NCBI RefSeq assembly: GCF_000142905.1
Contig: NW_013657675.1
Location: 558,001 to 622,000, forward strand
Reading direction: 5' to 3'
Length of the DNA: 64,000 nt
Origin: Thecamonas trahens ATCC 50062
Taxonomy: Eukaryota; Protista; Apusomonadida
The notes below the pieces were generated by a model, which searched no databases, had not been told where the DNA came from, and was given only the letters and a program-made list of their open reading frames with translations. The first letter of the stretch is position 1. Each line of letters starts with the position of its first letter. Both the position numbers and the translations under genes were made by a program. Below are positions 23,120 to 33,747 of the stretch, piece by piece.

Positions 23120-24631
23120 ATGGGGCTCGCCAACATTGCAGTCGCCGCTCTGGTGTTTGCAGCCGTTGTCGGCATGGCTGTTGGCCAGACGGTAGAGACC
23201 AAGACGGTCAACTTTACCACAGGCACGGTCACCCCGCTGACGCCTTTTTTTTCAAACCCAAGCTGGGCGGGAAACGAATTTGTCTCGGTGACCATCCAGG
23301 TTCCTGATGGCTTTACGGTCTCGGAGGGCGTCCGCTTCACCAAGTGTGCTAACATTCCTCAGACGGCAGTGTTCTCGACACTCGACACATGCGGTATGGG
23401 CGGCGGCATTACCGCGGCGCAAGCGGTGGACCAGTTGGCCAACTCGGAGATGGAGTTCGGCACGGTCGCGACTGGGTACGACGAGTACCGAGTCACCATC
23501 ACCATGTATGTGGGCGCTCCGTCGCCGGTTCCATTCGAGTCGGAAAGCTTTGCGTATCCGCCGCCGCCGCCGTCGCCGCCGCCACCGCCGGTCTCGCCGC
23601 CGCCGCCGCAGCCGCCGCCGCCGTCGTCGGGCGAAAACGGCGAGGTAGTCTACAAGGCTTGGGCGAGCGACGACTGCACAGGAGTCATCATCCGGGAAGC
23701 AACATCTGGCGGCTTTAACGCCGAGGGTTGCCACTCCGGTGGTCTTGTGGAGAAAAATGCTACCTCCACGTTTGTCAAGTGTACTGAGGACTACAACGAG
23801 GGCAAACCGGCGATCCGAGTCCGTGTCCCGACGGAGATCTACTCTTGTGACTTCCCATGCTCGGCAGGCATCGGCGTGAACACGAGCACGTGCCGACTGA
23901 CCAAGTTTGCCAAGGACACGTGCTACAAGCGTGCTGATCTTGACTTCTCATTTAGGCTCGAACAATGCGGCTACAACGACTGTTTTCCTGGTGATGCAAT
24001 CGTGACCCTTGTGTCGGGCGCTTTGAAGCGTATGGACGCTCTCGAGATCGGCGACATTATTCTCTCGATCGACCGCGATGGCGTGAAGAGCTACACGCCG
24101 TTCATTGGCTGGGCCAAGGCCAAGCCTGAACGCCTCTATTCCGCCATCCGCGTCACCACGGCCTCGGGTGCTGCACTTCGCGCTCACTCCAACCACTTTG
24201 TCCACTTTGCGCGGCAAGGCGAGTGGACAACCGGCCCGATCCGCAACGTCCGCGTCGGCGACACCGTTCGCCTGGCGTCGGGCGCCATCGATGTCGTCGT
24301 CGTCGTCGACTCGGTCCCTGTTGTCGGCGCGTATACTCCGATGACGGTGTCGACCAACATTGTGGTCGACGGCGTGGCTGCATCGATGTGGACCAAGACC
24401 GACTCGCCGGTCTTCCACGCCCTGTTTGCAGCCGGCAGCGCTCTGCTTGGCATGGACGAAGCGGCGTGCCGGATGCTGGCGTTTAACATCTTTGTTAAGC
24501 TGCCGTACGCCATCCTTCCGCCTGCAGCGTGGGAGTGGCTCATCGCGCCGGTCTCTGGCGAGTCGGTCATGGCGCACTTTGCAGTCTTTGTCACCGAGGT
24601 GTTCAAGGCGCCGATGTCGCTTGTGGCTTAA
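23120..24631 (+). CDS. Secreted Hint/Hog-domain (hedgehog-like) protein
   Basis: Signal peptide, N-terminal domain, poly-Pro linker and Cys-rich domain, then CFPGDA..LEIGD..H..GAYTPMT..NIVVDGVAAS Hint (from 23981) and a hydrophobic SRR-like tail. Confidence 0.88.
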   Translation: MGLANIAVAALVFAAVVGMAVGQTVETKTVNFTTGTVTPLTPFFSNPSWAGNEFVSVTIQVPDGFTVSEGVRFTKCANIPQTAVFSTLDTCGMGGGITAAQAVDQLANSEMEFGTVATGYDEYRVTITMYVGAPSPVPFESESFAYPPPPPSPPPPPVSPPPPQPPPPSSGENGEVVYKAWASDDCTGVIIREATSGGFNAEGCHSGGLVEKNATSTFVKCTEDYNEGKPAIRVRVPTEIYSCDFPCSAGIGVNTSTCRLTKFAKDTCYKRADLDFSFRLEQCGYNDCFPGDAIVTLVSGALKRMDALEIGDIILSIDRDGVKSYTPFIGWAKAKPERLYSAIRVTTASGAALRAHSNHFVHFARQGEWTTGPIRNVRVGDTVRLASGAIDVVVVVDSVPVVGAYTPMTVSTNIVVDGVAASMWTKTDSPVFHALFAAGSALLGMDEAACRMLAFNIFVKLPYAILPPAAWEWLIAPVSGESVMAHFAVFVTEVFKAPMSLVA

Positions 24632-24794
24632 CCGCATGGCTAGAGTGACTGTAAACATATGAACATAATGACATACTCCAGCGCATACAAGGACAAGGAG
24701 GCACGGGCGTTCATAAGGGGGGGCTAGTGGCCGGTGCCAGCGACAAAGTGGCGATAGCCTGTGCCCTTCCAAAGCGCAGCAGGGACAGCAACAG

Positions 24795-25553
24795 TTACTC
24801 GAGCGCCTCCTCGCCGTCCTCGATGACGGTAGTGTCGAGGATCTCGACGCGGCCTTGGCCGCGGGCAAGCGAGCCGACGATCGAGTCGATGGCGCGATAT
24901 GCGCCGGGATCGACAAGCGCGACCATCTCAAAGACCGAGCCCCAATCCTCGTCCTCGACCGTGAGGGTTGAGACCTGATCCTCAATACGGGACTTGACAG
25001 CCTTGCCGACCTTGGCCGGGGTGGTGATGCGAAGGCGCATGCTTGCGCGCTCAATGGGCAGCACCTCGGCAAGCTGCGGGATGAGCTCTAGCGCCTGCTT
25101 CTTGGCCGAGTGCTTGGGATGAACAGAAAAGTTGAGGTCCTTGACCGCGCGCTCGATGATGCCGCTCGGGTACGGGCGCTGTGTCTCGGGATTGACGCAT
25201 TTGGTGGCGATGATCTCGATGATCTCAGAGAGGACCGAGGAGCGAACCTTGGCTCGCTCCTTGCCCGATACCTGGACCTGGCCCTTTGTGAGAATTGTCT
25301 CGAGAATGACGTTCTTGTCCTCTGTCTTGAACACACGATGCAGATCCTTGTCCTTCGCCACGGATCCCTTGGAGACATTGGTAAAGACAACGTCCGTCTG
25401 CAGCACCTCGTCCAGATCCGTCTCGATGCCATCACGCCAGTCGATGACCTTGTTGGGATAGCACGCCAGCTCAAACCGCTTCCCGCCCTTCTTGAGACGG
25501 ACCACCGCCACATTAGTGAGTCTCACCTGGTTGACGGGAGTGAACACAGCCAT
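24795..25553 (-). CDS. SBDS: Ribosome maturation factor SBDS/Sdo1
   Basis: MAVFTPVNQVRLTNVAVVRLKKGGKRFELACYPNKV..VFTNVSKG..SAKKQALE. Confidence 0.97.
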   Translation of the reverse strand: MAVFTPVNQVRLTNVAVVRLKKGGKRFELACYPNKVIDWRDGIETDLDEVLQTDVVFTNVSKGSVAKDKDLHRVFKTEDKNVILETILTKGQVQVSGKERAKVRSSVLSEIIEIIATKCVNPETQRPYPSGIIERAVKDLNFSVHPKHSAKKQALELIPQLAEVLPIERASMRLRITTPAKVGKAVKSRIEDQVSTLTVEDEDWGSVFEMVALVDPGAYRAIDSIVGSLARGQGRVEILDTTVIEDGEEALE

Positions 25554-26167
25554 GTTAAATTCTTGAGTATGTTGTGACTCCTTGCAATGGCTGTGGGTGA
25601 GGTGTACCACACCGTCCATCCCTTGCTCTCTCCCTCGCCTGTGCACCAAAGGATGGATTGGAAGCCATTCGTTGATTCAAGATGATTGGGGAAGGGAAGG
25701 GGGGGGGGGGGGGGGGGGGGGAGTGATCACGTACACCACACGTTCACTCGCGCACACACACACGCTCCATCCCTCTCACTCACTCGCTCTATGACTGATT
25801 GGCATCATGAGCATCACGATCCTCTCCCCTTCCCCCCATACACCCTTGAATCAACCCCATCACGATCCGCCAAACAACTATCCCGATGACAATCACCGAC
25901 AACGTAATACCCTTCCCCATGACCATCACCACTATGACCACCATCCCAGCACCACTAAATCCCTTCCCCTCATCCCCAATACCAAACTCCCTCACCCCCA
26001 ATCACCAATCACATCCCACGATCCCATGATCCTCATCCCTCTCACCGGCCGACCAGTCGTGATCCCTCCCCCCTCCCCCCTCCCCCCCCCCCCCCCCCGC
26101 CCACGTCACCACCCTCCTCCCCCTCACCCCACCGACCGCACCACTTCCCTCACCAAACTAGGAAGAG

Positions 26168-27730
26168 ATGGTAGGTAGAGGACGGGTGCTCTCGGTGAGC
26201 ATGGTGGGGATAATACTGGTTGTGGTGGGCACGCTCGCACTCCTTGTCGCAAGTCGTCCGCCTCAGGCTGACCCTTACGTCACCCTTGGTCTCGACCGGA
26301 GTGCTACCAGCGTCGACATCAAGCGAGCGTATCGGAGACTGGCGAAAGAAGAGCATCCAGATAAGCGAGGTGGTGAGAGTGATAACGCTCGCTTTGTGGC
26401 CATCAATGAGGCTTACGAGCTGTTGTCAAACTCAAGATCACGGGCAAACTACGACGCCACAGGCGATCCAGAGGTACCGGCCTACTATTACGGCTCGCGA
26501 TCGGCTGGTGCTGGCTATGGGTCGGCTGGTATGGGCGCATCGCTCTCCTCGCCGGCAGTCTATCTCACGGCTGCTTCGTATGCCCATGTGGTCGAGGGCG
26601 CCCGTGACCCGCTGTGGGTGGTGCTCCTCTACGCTGACCACGATCGCGCCTCGCACAACGCCATGCACGCCTTCAACAAGGTCGCCATTTCGCTCGCGGG
26701 CGTCGCTCGCTTTGGTCGTGTCGAAGTTTCGGCAGAGTGGCGGCTTGCTCGCCTTTTCCGCATCTCGCGCGTCCCAGCCATTCTCTTCATCTCGGAAGAT
26801 GGCCACTTTACCCGCTTCCGCGGCTCGTTCTCCCACCTCCGCAGCGCCATCCTCGATCGCCTGCCCGACACCCGCGCCCCACTTGCCCTCGACATCTCAG
26901 CGCGCGCCTCTGCTGGAGCCGCCCGCGGCGCCATGCACAAGATGCGCGCCTGGGCCGACCGCGGATGGGCCGTCGTCGCACTCTGCTCCTCGCGCAAGAA
27001 GCCGTCGCCGCTGTGGCGCTCGCTCGCCGCCGCACACCAGCGAACAACCCGCTTTGTCTTCATCTCAGTCCATGCTCGCGCCGCCACAGACGCTATGGAC
27101 AAGCTAGGCTGCGTGCCGGGCGAGCAACCCATCGTCCTCGTCGCCTCGTCGTCAAAGGTCGTCCCATACTCGGGCTCGCTCGCCCGCCCCGCCCTCGAGG
27201 CCTACTTTCTCCACGACGCCCACGCCGCCGTTCCGCGCCTCTCCGTCGACGTCTTTGACGTTGCCTGCCGCACCGGATGCCTCATCGTCAACTCGGCTGC
27301 CTTTGACAACGGCGCAGGCGCCGTCCTCACCCCGCCGTCCTCGTTTGCCGTTCTCCAGACCAGCTTTTCCGCCAACGCAGACTTTGTCCGCGCCGTCGCA
27401 GGCTCCAGCCTCTCGGGCAACGCCGTCCTCTACGTCTCTACCGAGTCGGGCGTCGCCGGCCTCGTCGCCTCGGGCCTCGACTCGCACAAGGCCACCCAGA
27501 CCGTCCTCGACGTCTTTGACGGATCCTCGCTCCTCACCTCGCGGACGTACCCCCACGGCATGGTCCCGCGCCCGGCTGGCGCCTCAGCCTCCTGGTCCAT
27601 CGTCTCGGTCATCCGCTCGTGGTTTAGCTGGATTGCCTGGCTCATCCAGTCCATCGTCAGCACCCTCCTCACCGTCGGCGTCCTCCTCCTCTTCATCTGC
27701 CCTGCACTCCTCGGCCGAGTCCGGATCTAG
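26168..27730 (+). CDS. ER DnaJ protein with thioredoxin-like folds and C-terminal TM (DNAJC16-like)
   Basis: Signal anchor, J-domain DPYVTLG..HPDK..AYELLS, Trx-like fold lacking CxxC, C-terminal hydrophobic helix. Confidence 0.82.
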   Translation: MVGRGRVLSVSMVGIILVVVGTLALLVASRPPQADPYVTLGLDRSATSVDIKRAYRRLAKEEHPDKRGGESDNARFVAINEAYELLSNSRSRANYDATGDPEVPAYYYGSRSAGAGYGSAGMGASLSSPAVYLTAASYAHVVEGARDPLWVVLLYADHDRASHNAMHAFNKVAISLAGVARFGRVEVSAEWRLARLFRISRVPAILFISEDGHFTRFRGSFSHLRSAILDRLPDTRAPLALDISARASAGAARGAMHKMRAWADRGWAVVALCSSRKKPSPLWRSLAAAHQRTTRFVFISVHARAATDAMDKLGCVPGEQPIVLVASSSKVVPYSGSLARPALEAYFLHDAHAAVPRLSVDVFDVACRTGCLIVNSAAFDNGAGAVLTPPSSFAVLQTSFSANADFVRAVAGSSLSGNAVLYVSTESGVAGLVASGLDSHKATQTVLDVFDGSSLLTSRTYPHGMVPRPAGASASWSIVSVIRSWFSWIAWLIQSIVSTLLTVGVLLLFICPALLGRVRI

Positions 27731-28016
27731 CCCTGCATCGCTCGCCCGCACCGGCTGCCTGTAGTGTAAAAAGAACAGGCGACTGGCCCGTCGCCAACCG
27801 AGTCGCGAGAAGCATCGATCTCAACCGTGCCGCCTGACCCCGTGCCTCGCCTACCAAGGCGAAAACTGGGCGTCTTCTTAGTACCACCCGCGCGGACCGC
27901 TGAGCGCGCTGTGGCATGTGCGGGTTGCGGCCAAAACCACAGTCATTTCTTCCATTCACTCGGACGAGACCTTGCCCATCACACAGCTGGCTGGCAAAGT
28001 GGAAGAAGCTGATCCC

Positions 28017-29584
28017 ATGGAGCCTTCTTCAGGCAAGGTCACTGGCAGCATCAACCCGGGCGAGGGCGGTGTGGGGCTTATTGGCGAGTACGAGGCCGAG
28101 GTAGTGGCGAGCGCGTCGGCGGCTGGCGGCGTGGCGGCGTCGGACGCCATCCTGCTCGACTCGATGCTCGAGACGCGGTATCTCATCGACTCGCCGGCGC
28201 AGTTGGCAATCAAGGCTGGCCACTCGACGGTGCTCAAGGCTATCAAGGCTGTGGTGGCTGGGCTTCTCATTCCGCCGCCATTTGGTTGGATCTACGCTGC
28301 GGCGCGAACGCGCCTGGTCAAGGCAGGCCACGTTGGTCTCTCGACGAACGGCGGCGTGCCCGAGCTGCTTGGCCCCGGGTGGCACTGCATGCTCTCGCCG
28401 CTGCGATCGTGGAATGGGCAAGTCGCGGTGACCTCGGACATCTCGCACGGCACAATCAGCGTGGTCACTGTTGCCGAAGGCACGCTTGGCTTTGCCACCG
28501 ACCAGGCATTCCAGTCCTGCTCGGTCCCGGAATGCACTGCTGGAACTCACCAACGCTCGTCTACCACGAGTCGTATGACCTCTCCGAGCCGATTGTGCGC
28601 ATCGGACCGTATACGCTGGTCATTGTCCGCGCCGGCACCGTGGCGGTGACGTACGACGACGGCAAGCTCGACATCAAGCCGCCAGGCTACCACGTCCTCC
28701 GGCACGTTCGCCATCAGGCCCGCGGCTTCCTCAACGTCACCGACATGTTCGACGAGGTCGACTCGCTGCATCTCCTCACCGCGGACATGGTCTCGCTCAA
28801 CCTCGACGGCACCGTCCACTACACTATCACCGACGCTCGCGCCGCCGCCCTCAAGGCCGGAAACATGGACGAGGTCCGCCGGCTTGTCCGCCGCGAGGCC
28901 GTCGCGTGCATCACCTCCACCGTCGCAAAGTCGCGGGTCAACGACATCGGCTGGCCCGCCGGCGGTGAGGGCTCCGGCGCCGCAGACCCGGCCATGTGGG
29001 AGAGCCGCGTGAGCGGCAAGGGCGACGAGCACTACGCCGGTGGCTACGACGACAAGGCTGCCCTCTTCGACGCCGCCGTCCGCACCCTGGCCAACATCGG
29101 TGTCCGGCTCATCAAGATTGCCATCCGAAAGTGGGCCATCTGCGACACGGGCATCTCCAACAAGCTCGCCACCCAGTCGGTCATCCGTGTCCACCGCCTC
29201 GAGAAGCTCGACTGTGCAGACGTCGACCGCAAAACGCTCGAGATCGAGGCCGAGGCCCGCGCAAACGCGCTGCTCATCGAGGCCCGTGCTGCTGCAGAGG
29301 CCCGCATCATCTCGGCAGAGGCCCGTCTAGAGGCCGGCCGCCGCCTTGCTGAGCTTGACGCTCTGCTCGGCCCTGGCCATGCCGCACGCCTCGACGTGCT
29401 CGAGGCAACAGGCACCGCTCTCGCCGCAGGCAACACTAGCACCGTCTTTGTGCCTGGCACAGACGTCGCCACCGCCCTCATCGGCAATCCTGGCTTTGTC
29501 GCGCCGCCGGAGGCCCGGCCGCGCGCCGCCCAGCCTGGCCCGGCCAGCTCCGAGTCGGGTGACCTCGTCGCTAGCTTTGCGTAG
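28017..29584 (+). CDS. SPFH/Band-7 family protein with N-terminal beta repeats (frameshift at ~28505)
   Basis: Three repeats (LLGPGWH, LLGPGMH, IKPPGYH) span two frames; LTADMVSLNLDGTVHYTITD SPFH core; AEARA coiled coil. Confidence 0.8.
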
Positions 29585-30589
29585 CCAGCTCAGCCTGCGA
29601 GCTGCCAGGCAGCGACATCGGAAGCTCCGGGATGAGCACGTCATGGTAGGTAACCCACTCGATCGAAGCAAGAGTTACAACAGCAAAGACAACTGGGACT
29701 CCGCGCTGAGCATTGCGGATCCGAGCGGCATCGACAGGCGTGGCAATGCGCGACTTGGCATCGCACACCGCCACGCACAGATCCGGTGGCCGGCGACTGG
29801 GCTTGCCGTGCCCGACCCGCCGCCACACAAGCCAGGAAGCAGAGAACTGGTCGCTTCCGCCGGAGGCTCCTGCGAGGTCGGCAAAAGTGACCGGCGTGAC
29901 AAGCGCCTGCACATCGGCCTGCTGTGCGCCCGGCGCGAGGGTGTCGACCCATGGCAGTCGTGGCTCGGCCGCACTGCTCGAAGCCGGCAGCATGCGAGCA
30001 GCAAGCGCCACGGAGCGTTGAGAGCTGGCGTCAGCGACGACGGTGACAGCGCCGCGCCCACCGACGCTGACGCCGATGTCGATGATGACTCTCCCGCGAC
30101 TGGATCATGAGGCGAGAGGCGGGGCGAGTGGTCGGATGAAGCACGTTTGACAATGTAGCCCGCCGCAGCCAAGCGACCGTAGACGAGGAGGACCGGTAGC
30201 GGGAGGTGGCAGAGATGAGCAACCATGTCAGTGAGAGCGGCGAGCGGCACAAGGTGATAATGATGATCAACGACGATAGCTCTTGCCTTTGATGCTTGAA
30301 ACCAAACGATTTCTGGAAGAAGTGGATCAGCGAGTAGCGACATAGCCGCCGGAGTGAGTCGTGGCCGTCGAGCAAGAGTAAAGGTCTCTCCGTCCCACAT
30401 CACCACCGCAATATCGCTCGTCCGTCCCGAGCAGCCAATCACTGCTCGGCCTGCAGACGACGAGCCTCCGCTTGACGACCTCGCCAGTGACTTGTGTCTC
30501 TTGGACGAAGGCGAGCATGAAGGGGGTGGTGTATTGCTATCATGCCGACGCTTCTTGCTCTTGAGCGAGCTACCTCCCTGCTTGCCCAT
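29571..30589 (-). CDS. TSEN54: tRNA-splicing endonuclease subunit Sen54-like (frame change between ~30105 and ~29950)
   Basis: N part LLPEIVWF..LLVYGRLAAAGYIVKR; C part in the next frame VWRRVGHGKPSRRPPDLCVAV..VPVVFAVVTLASIEWVTY. Both resemble Sen54 conserved blocks. Confidence 0.6.
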
Positions 30590-30835
30590 GCTGCCGTAGC
30601 GTCAAGTGGTGCCTGCCGCAGTCTGCTCATGAGCACAGCGCCGACCATCGTCGGCCGACCACTGATGGCAGACGACCGGGGGGGGGCGGAGCGGTGGTCG
30701 CATCGACTCAGACCAAGAATAAGTGGCTGCGTGGTAATACAGGTCGGGATCGGAGCATGTTAGATGGAGGGAGGGGAGGGGAGGGGGGGCTCATGGTTGG
30801 TCGACAAGACGCGGACGCATGTGGCAGCGGGCAGA

Positions 30836-31564
30836 TTAGGTCGGACGCTCGGGAGCAAGAGTGCCAAAGTACTTTGCGGCCTCGGCGTAGATGTCGTGTG
30901 GCTTTTTCTCCAGGACGTGGACCATAAAGGCAGCCATGAGATTGCGCAGCTCGGGGTGGTTGATCAGGAAACGTTCGTGGTTAGCCTCGAGCTCGGCCTG
31001 TGGTAAGTAGCCATCGGCAATGTCAGCAACGATCAGCACCCGCATGACCATCGTGTGTGTCGGCATCGCCAGCATGATCACCCGCATGGTCATCGTGTGT
31101 GTCGGCATCGCCAGCATGATCACCCGCATGGTCATCGTGTGTGTCGGCATCGCCAGCATGATCACCCGCATGGTCATCGTGTGTGTCGGCATCGCCAGCA
31201 TGATCACCCGCATGGTCATCGTGTGTGTCGGCATCGCCAGCATGATCACCCGCATGGTCATCGTGTGTGTCGGCATCGCCAGCATGATCACCCGCATGGT
31301 CATCGTGTGTGTCGGCATCGCCAGCATGATCACCCGCATGGTCATCGTGTGTGTCGGCATCGCCAGCATGATCACCACCGATACCAACATCATTAGAATG
31401 ACCACCACCGCCACAACCATCGCCACCATCGCCCCATGTCCCCACCCACCGTGAGTCACCAGGCCACAAGCTCACCCCCACCCCCACCCCCACCGCCACC
31501 ACCACCACCACCACCCCCACCCCCACCACTAACATACCCTACGAACATCAGTCGACATGTCCAT
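30836..31564 (-). CDS. Small RIIa/Dpy-30 dimerisation-docking domain protein (RIIAD1-like); exons 31564-31538, 30997-30836
   Basis: NHERFLINHPELRNLMAAFMVHVLEKKPHDIYAEAAKYF; phase-0 GTATGT..CAG intron. Confidence 0.75.
31037..31376. repeat. 42-bp minisatellite x8 inside the intron of the RIIa gene
   Basis: Unit CACCCGCATGGTCATCGTGTGTGTCGGCATCGCCAGCATGAT, near-perfect copies. Confidence 0.97.
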
Positions 31565-32102
31565 CCTTGTCTATGTTCCCTGTTCTGTCGAGAGCAGTGA
31601 TAGAGGGGAGGGGGGGGGGGGGCGGTAGGGTTGGGGGGGGGGGGGGGGAGAGACGGGCGGGGCGCTGGTGGGCGGCAACTGCTTGCAGCTGGTGGCAGGT
31701 CATGGAGGTGCATTCCGATGATGGCTTGGGCAATAGCAATGATGGGGACAGTGTACGGTGGAATGAGGTAGGGGATGAGAATGCAGCTGCATCGGAGTAT
31801 GTACTTGACGTTGGCGATCTCTGTTCTGTCGGGGAAGACGGAGAGAGAGCAGAGCGATGCAATGGAGAGGGGAGATCGCACAGATCAAGGACAGCAACAG
31901 ACAACCTGAGCCAGCACATGACATACATGATGAACATGGGGAAGATCGGAGAGAAAGAGAGGACAAGAAACAAGATCTGTCCCAACCTGTGGAAAGATCG
32001 GAATCATCAACACTGTCTGTCGGTCAGTCGAGAGAGGACGACTAGCCAGGTCACCACACCACACCACACCACACCTCACCACATACATATACATACACAC
32101 AC

Positions 32103-32150
32103 ATACTCATACTCATACTCATACTCATACTCATACACATACTCATACTC
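32103..32150. repeat. (ATACTC)n microsatellite just upstream of the KIAA0930-like gene
   Basis: About 8 hexamer units, one variant. Confidence 0.9.
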
Positions 32151-32172
32151 GTACAGTTTCCTCTGACCTGGT

Positions 32173-33747
32173 ATGAGTGAGCTCTGTGAGCGCATAGAGG
32201 TCATCCTTGAGGCCATCCGTGGCTTTGCCCGCAGCCGCAAGACAAGGGCCAACCAGGCTGGACAACCTGGACAGCCTGGACAACCTGGACAACCTGAACA
32301 ACCTGGGCAAGTTAGATCGGATGGCGGTGGTGGTGATGTTGGTGCTGGTGATGAGGCTGATGAGGCTGATCATCGTCGTCCGGGCTTGGATGAGACTGGT
32401 ACCACTTCTGCTGCTGGCCCTGCTGGCTCTGCGGCTCCGGCTGCTGCTGCGACGCGTGATGATCTGGATGCGTTCTGGGCTCCGCTGTTTGAGGAGACCT
32501 TTGTGGCATTGGATGATCCAGATAGAGATGATCTGGTCTTCTACGTCTGGCGCCAGGAGGCGCTGAAGGCGAGAAGAGAGGCTGTGGGCGGCAAGGGTAA
32601 GGGTAAGGGCAAGAGCAAGGGCAAGGGTAAGAGCAAATGGAAGGATGATGGCTCAGATCAGGTTGAGCCGTACTTTGTGGTCCGGCGAGGCGCAGCGTCG
32701 GCGCCGGTCATTGGCGATCCGGAAATCAACTGGGAGGCCACGTTCTATCTGAATCTGGTGCTGAACCAGATGGAGTATATGTTGGTGGTGGCGGTGTGCA
32801 AGGCGGCCCAGTCGCGAGTGTGGGAGCAGGCTGTCTCAGTCACGTCGTATCCGGTCTATGCCTCGCCGACCTCGCGCCAGATGGACGTCAAGGGCTCGGC
32901 CGTCGCCGTGTCGTACCCGCAGCTCACATTTACCGTCGACAACTTTGAGGAGATCTTTGGCGCGACGTACTTGCTCGAAGACGAGGTCCTCGCCATCGAG
33001 CTCGTCGCCTGGGTTCGCGGCGGCTCGCTCAATGAGCTCGGCGTCATCTTCCAGGGCGTGGTCGGGTACGACAAGCTGGCCAGCGCGTTCCGCAAGCGGG
33101 TGGCGCGGTCGGCGGCTAAGCTATCGCGGCGCAAGGCCGAGGCGCGGGCCAAGGATCAGGTCGAGTTTCTCATGCTCCGCGGCGCCGACGAGAAGGGCCG
33201 CGCCCAGGTTGCTACGTCGGCTTATTGGATGGACTGGCAGACTGATGAAGCTGCCGCCGCTGAGGCTGCCGCGGCGAGTGAGGCCAATGTGGGCGCCAAG
33301 AAGAAGTCGTGGCGGAGCACGTTTTCATCGATCGCCAAGGCAGCTACGGGCACTGTGGCCTCGCTGTCGCGGGCGGGTGGAGGCGGAGGAAAGGCCAAAG
33401 CGAAGAAGGCGGTGCCAGAGGTTCTGAACGCCTCGCGCATGCTCAATGCCTTTGTCACATACGTGTCGGCGCCGTGGACCCACATTGTGCGGCAGGCGCT
33501 CTCGCGTGGGACTCACGCGGCCGTGCTTGATCCACACGTCTTTCGGGCACGCCGAGCCGAGGTTGCTGGGGGCGGCACTGATGATGCTGACGGCGACCAT
33601 GGTGAGGTTGCCGACGACGACGAGAACAACAACGACAACGATGGTGAGGTTGCCGACGACGATGGCGACGACGACGATGGCGAGATCACCGACAACAATG
33701 ACGAGCTTGCCGACATCGACAACAACAACGGTGAGGTCGGCAAGTAA
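32173..33747 (+). CDS. KIAA0930/DUF2045-family protein
   Basis: DDLVFYV, INWEATFYLNL, VYASPT, SYPQLTFTVDNFEE, IFQG, GRAQVA and LNAFVTYVSAPW blocks; acidic tail. Confidence 0.85.
   Translation: MSELCERIEVILEAIRGFARSRKTRANQAGQPGQPGQPGQPEQPGQVRSDGGGGDVGAGDEADEADHRRPGLDETGTTSAAGPAGSAAPAAAATRDDLDAFWAPLFEETFVALDDPDRDDLVFYVWRQEALKARREAVGGKGKGKGKSKGKGKSKWKDDGSDQVEPYFVVRRGAASAPVIGDPEINWEATFYLNLVLNQMEYMLVVAVCKAAQSRVWEQAVSVTSYPVYASPTSRQMDVKGSAVAVSYPQLTFTVDNFEEIFGATYLLEDEVLAIELVAWVRGGSLNELGVIFQGVVGYDKLASAFRKRVARSAAKLSRRKAEARAKDQVEFLMLRGADEKGRAQVATSAYWMDWQTDEAAAAEAAAASEANVGAKKKSWRSTFSSIAKAATGTVASLSRAGGGGGKAKAKKAVPEVLNASRMLNAFVTYVSAPWTHIVRQALSRGTHAAVLDPHVFRARRAEVAGGGTDDADGDHGEVADDDENNNDNDGEVADDDGDDDDGEITDNNDELADIDNNNGEVGK

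Noticed and set aside
23981-24390. True protein-splicing intein
   Set aside because: No C-terminal His-Asn/nucleophile and no endonuclease domain. It ends with a Hedgehog-type VVDGVAAS motif and a hydrophobic tail.
31037-31376. CRISPR-like appearance of the array
   Set aside because: Contiguous identical units with no unique spacers, no cas genes, and eukaryotic context.
31020-31535. Repeat-protein ORFs (MLAMPTHTMTMRVI, DHAGDADTHD, CRHRQHDHPHGHRV)
   Set aside because: Translations of a stop-free 42-bp intronic minisatellite. The intron has an early in-frame TAG.
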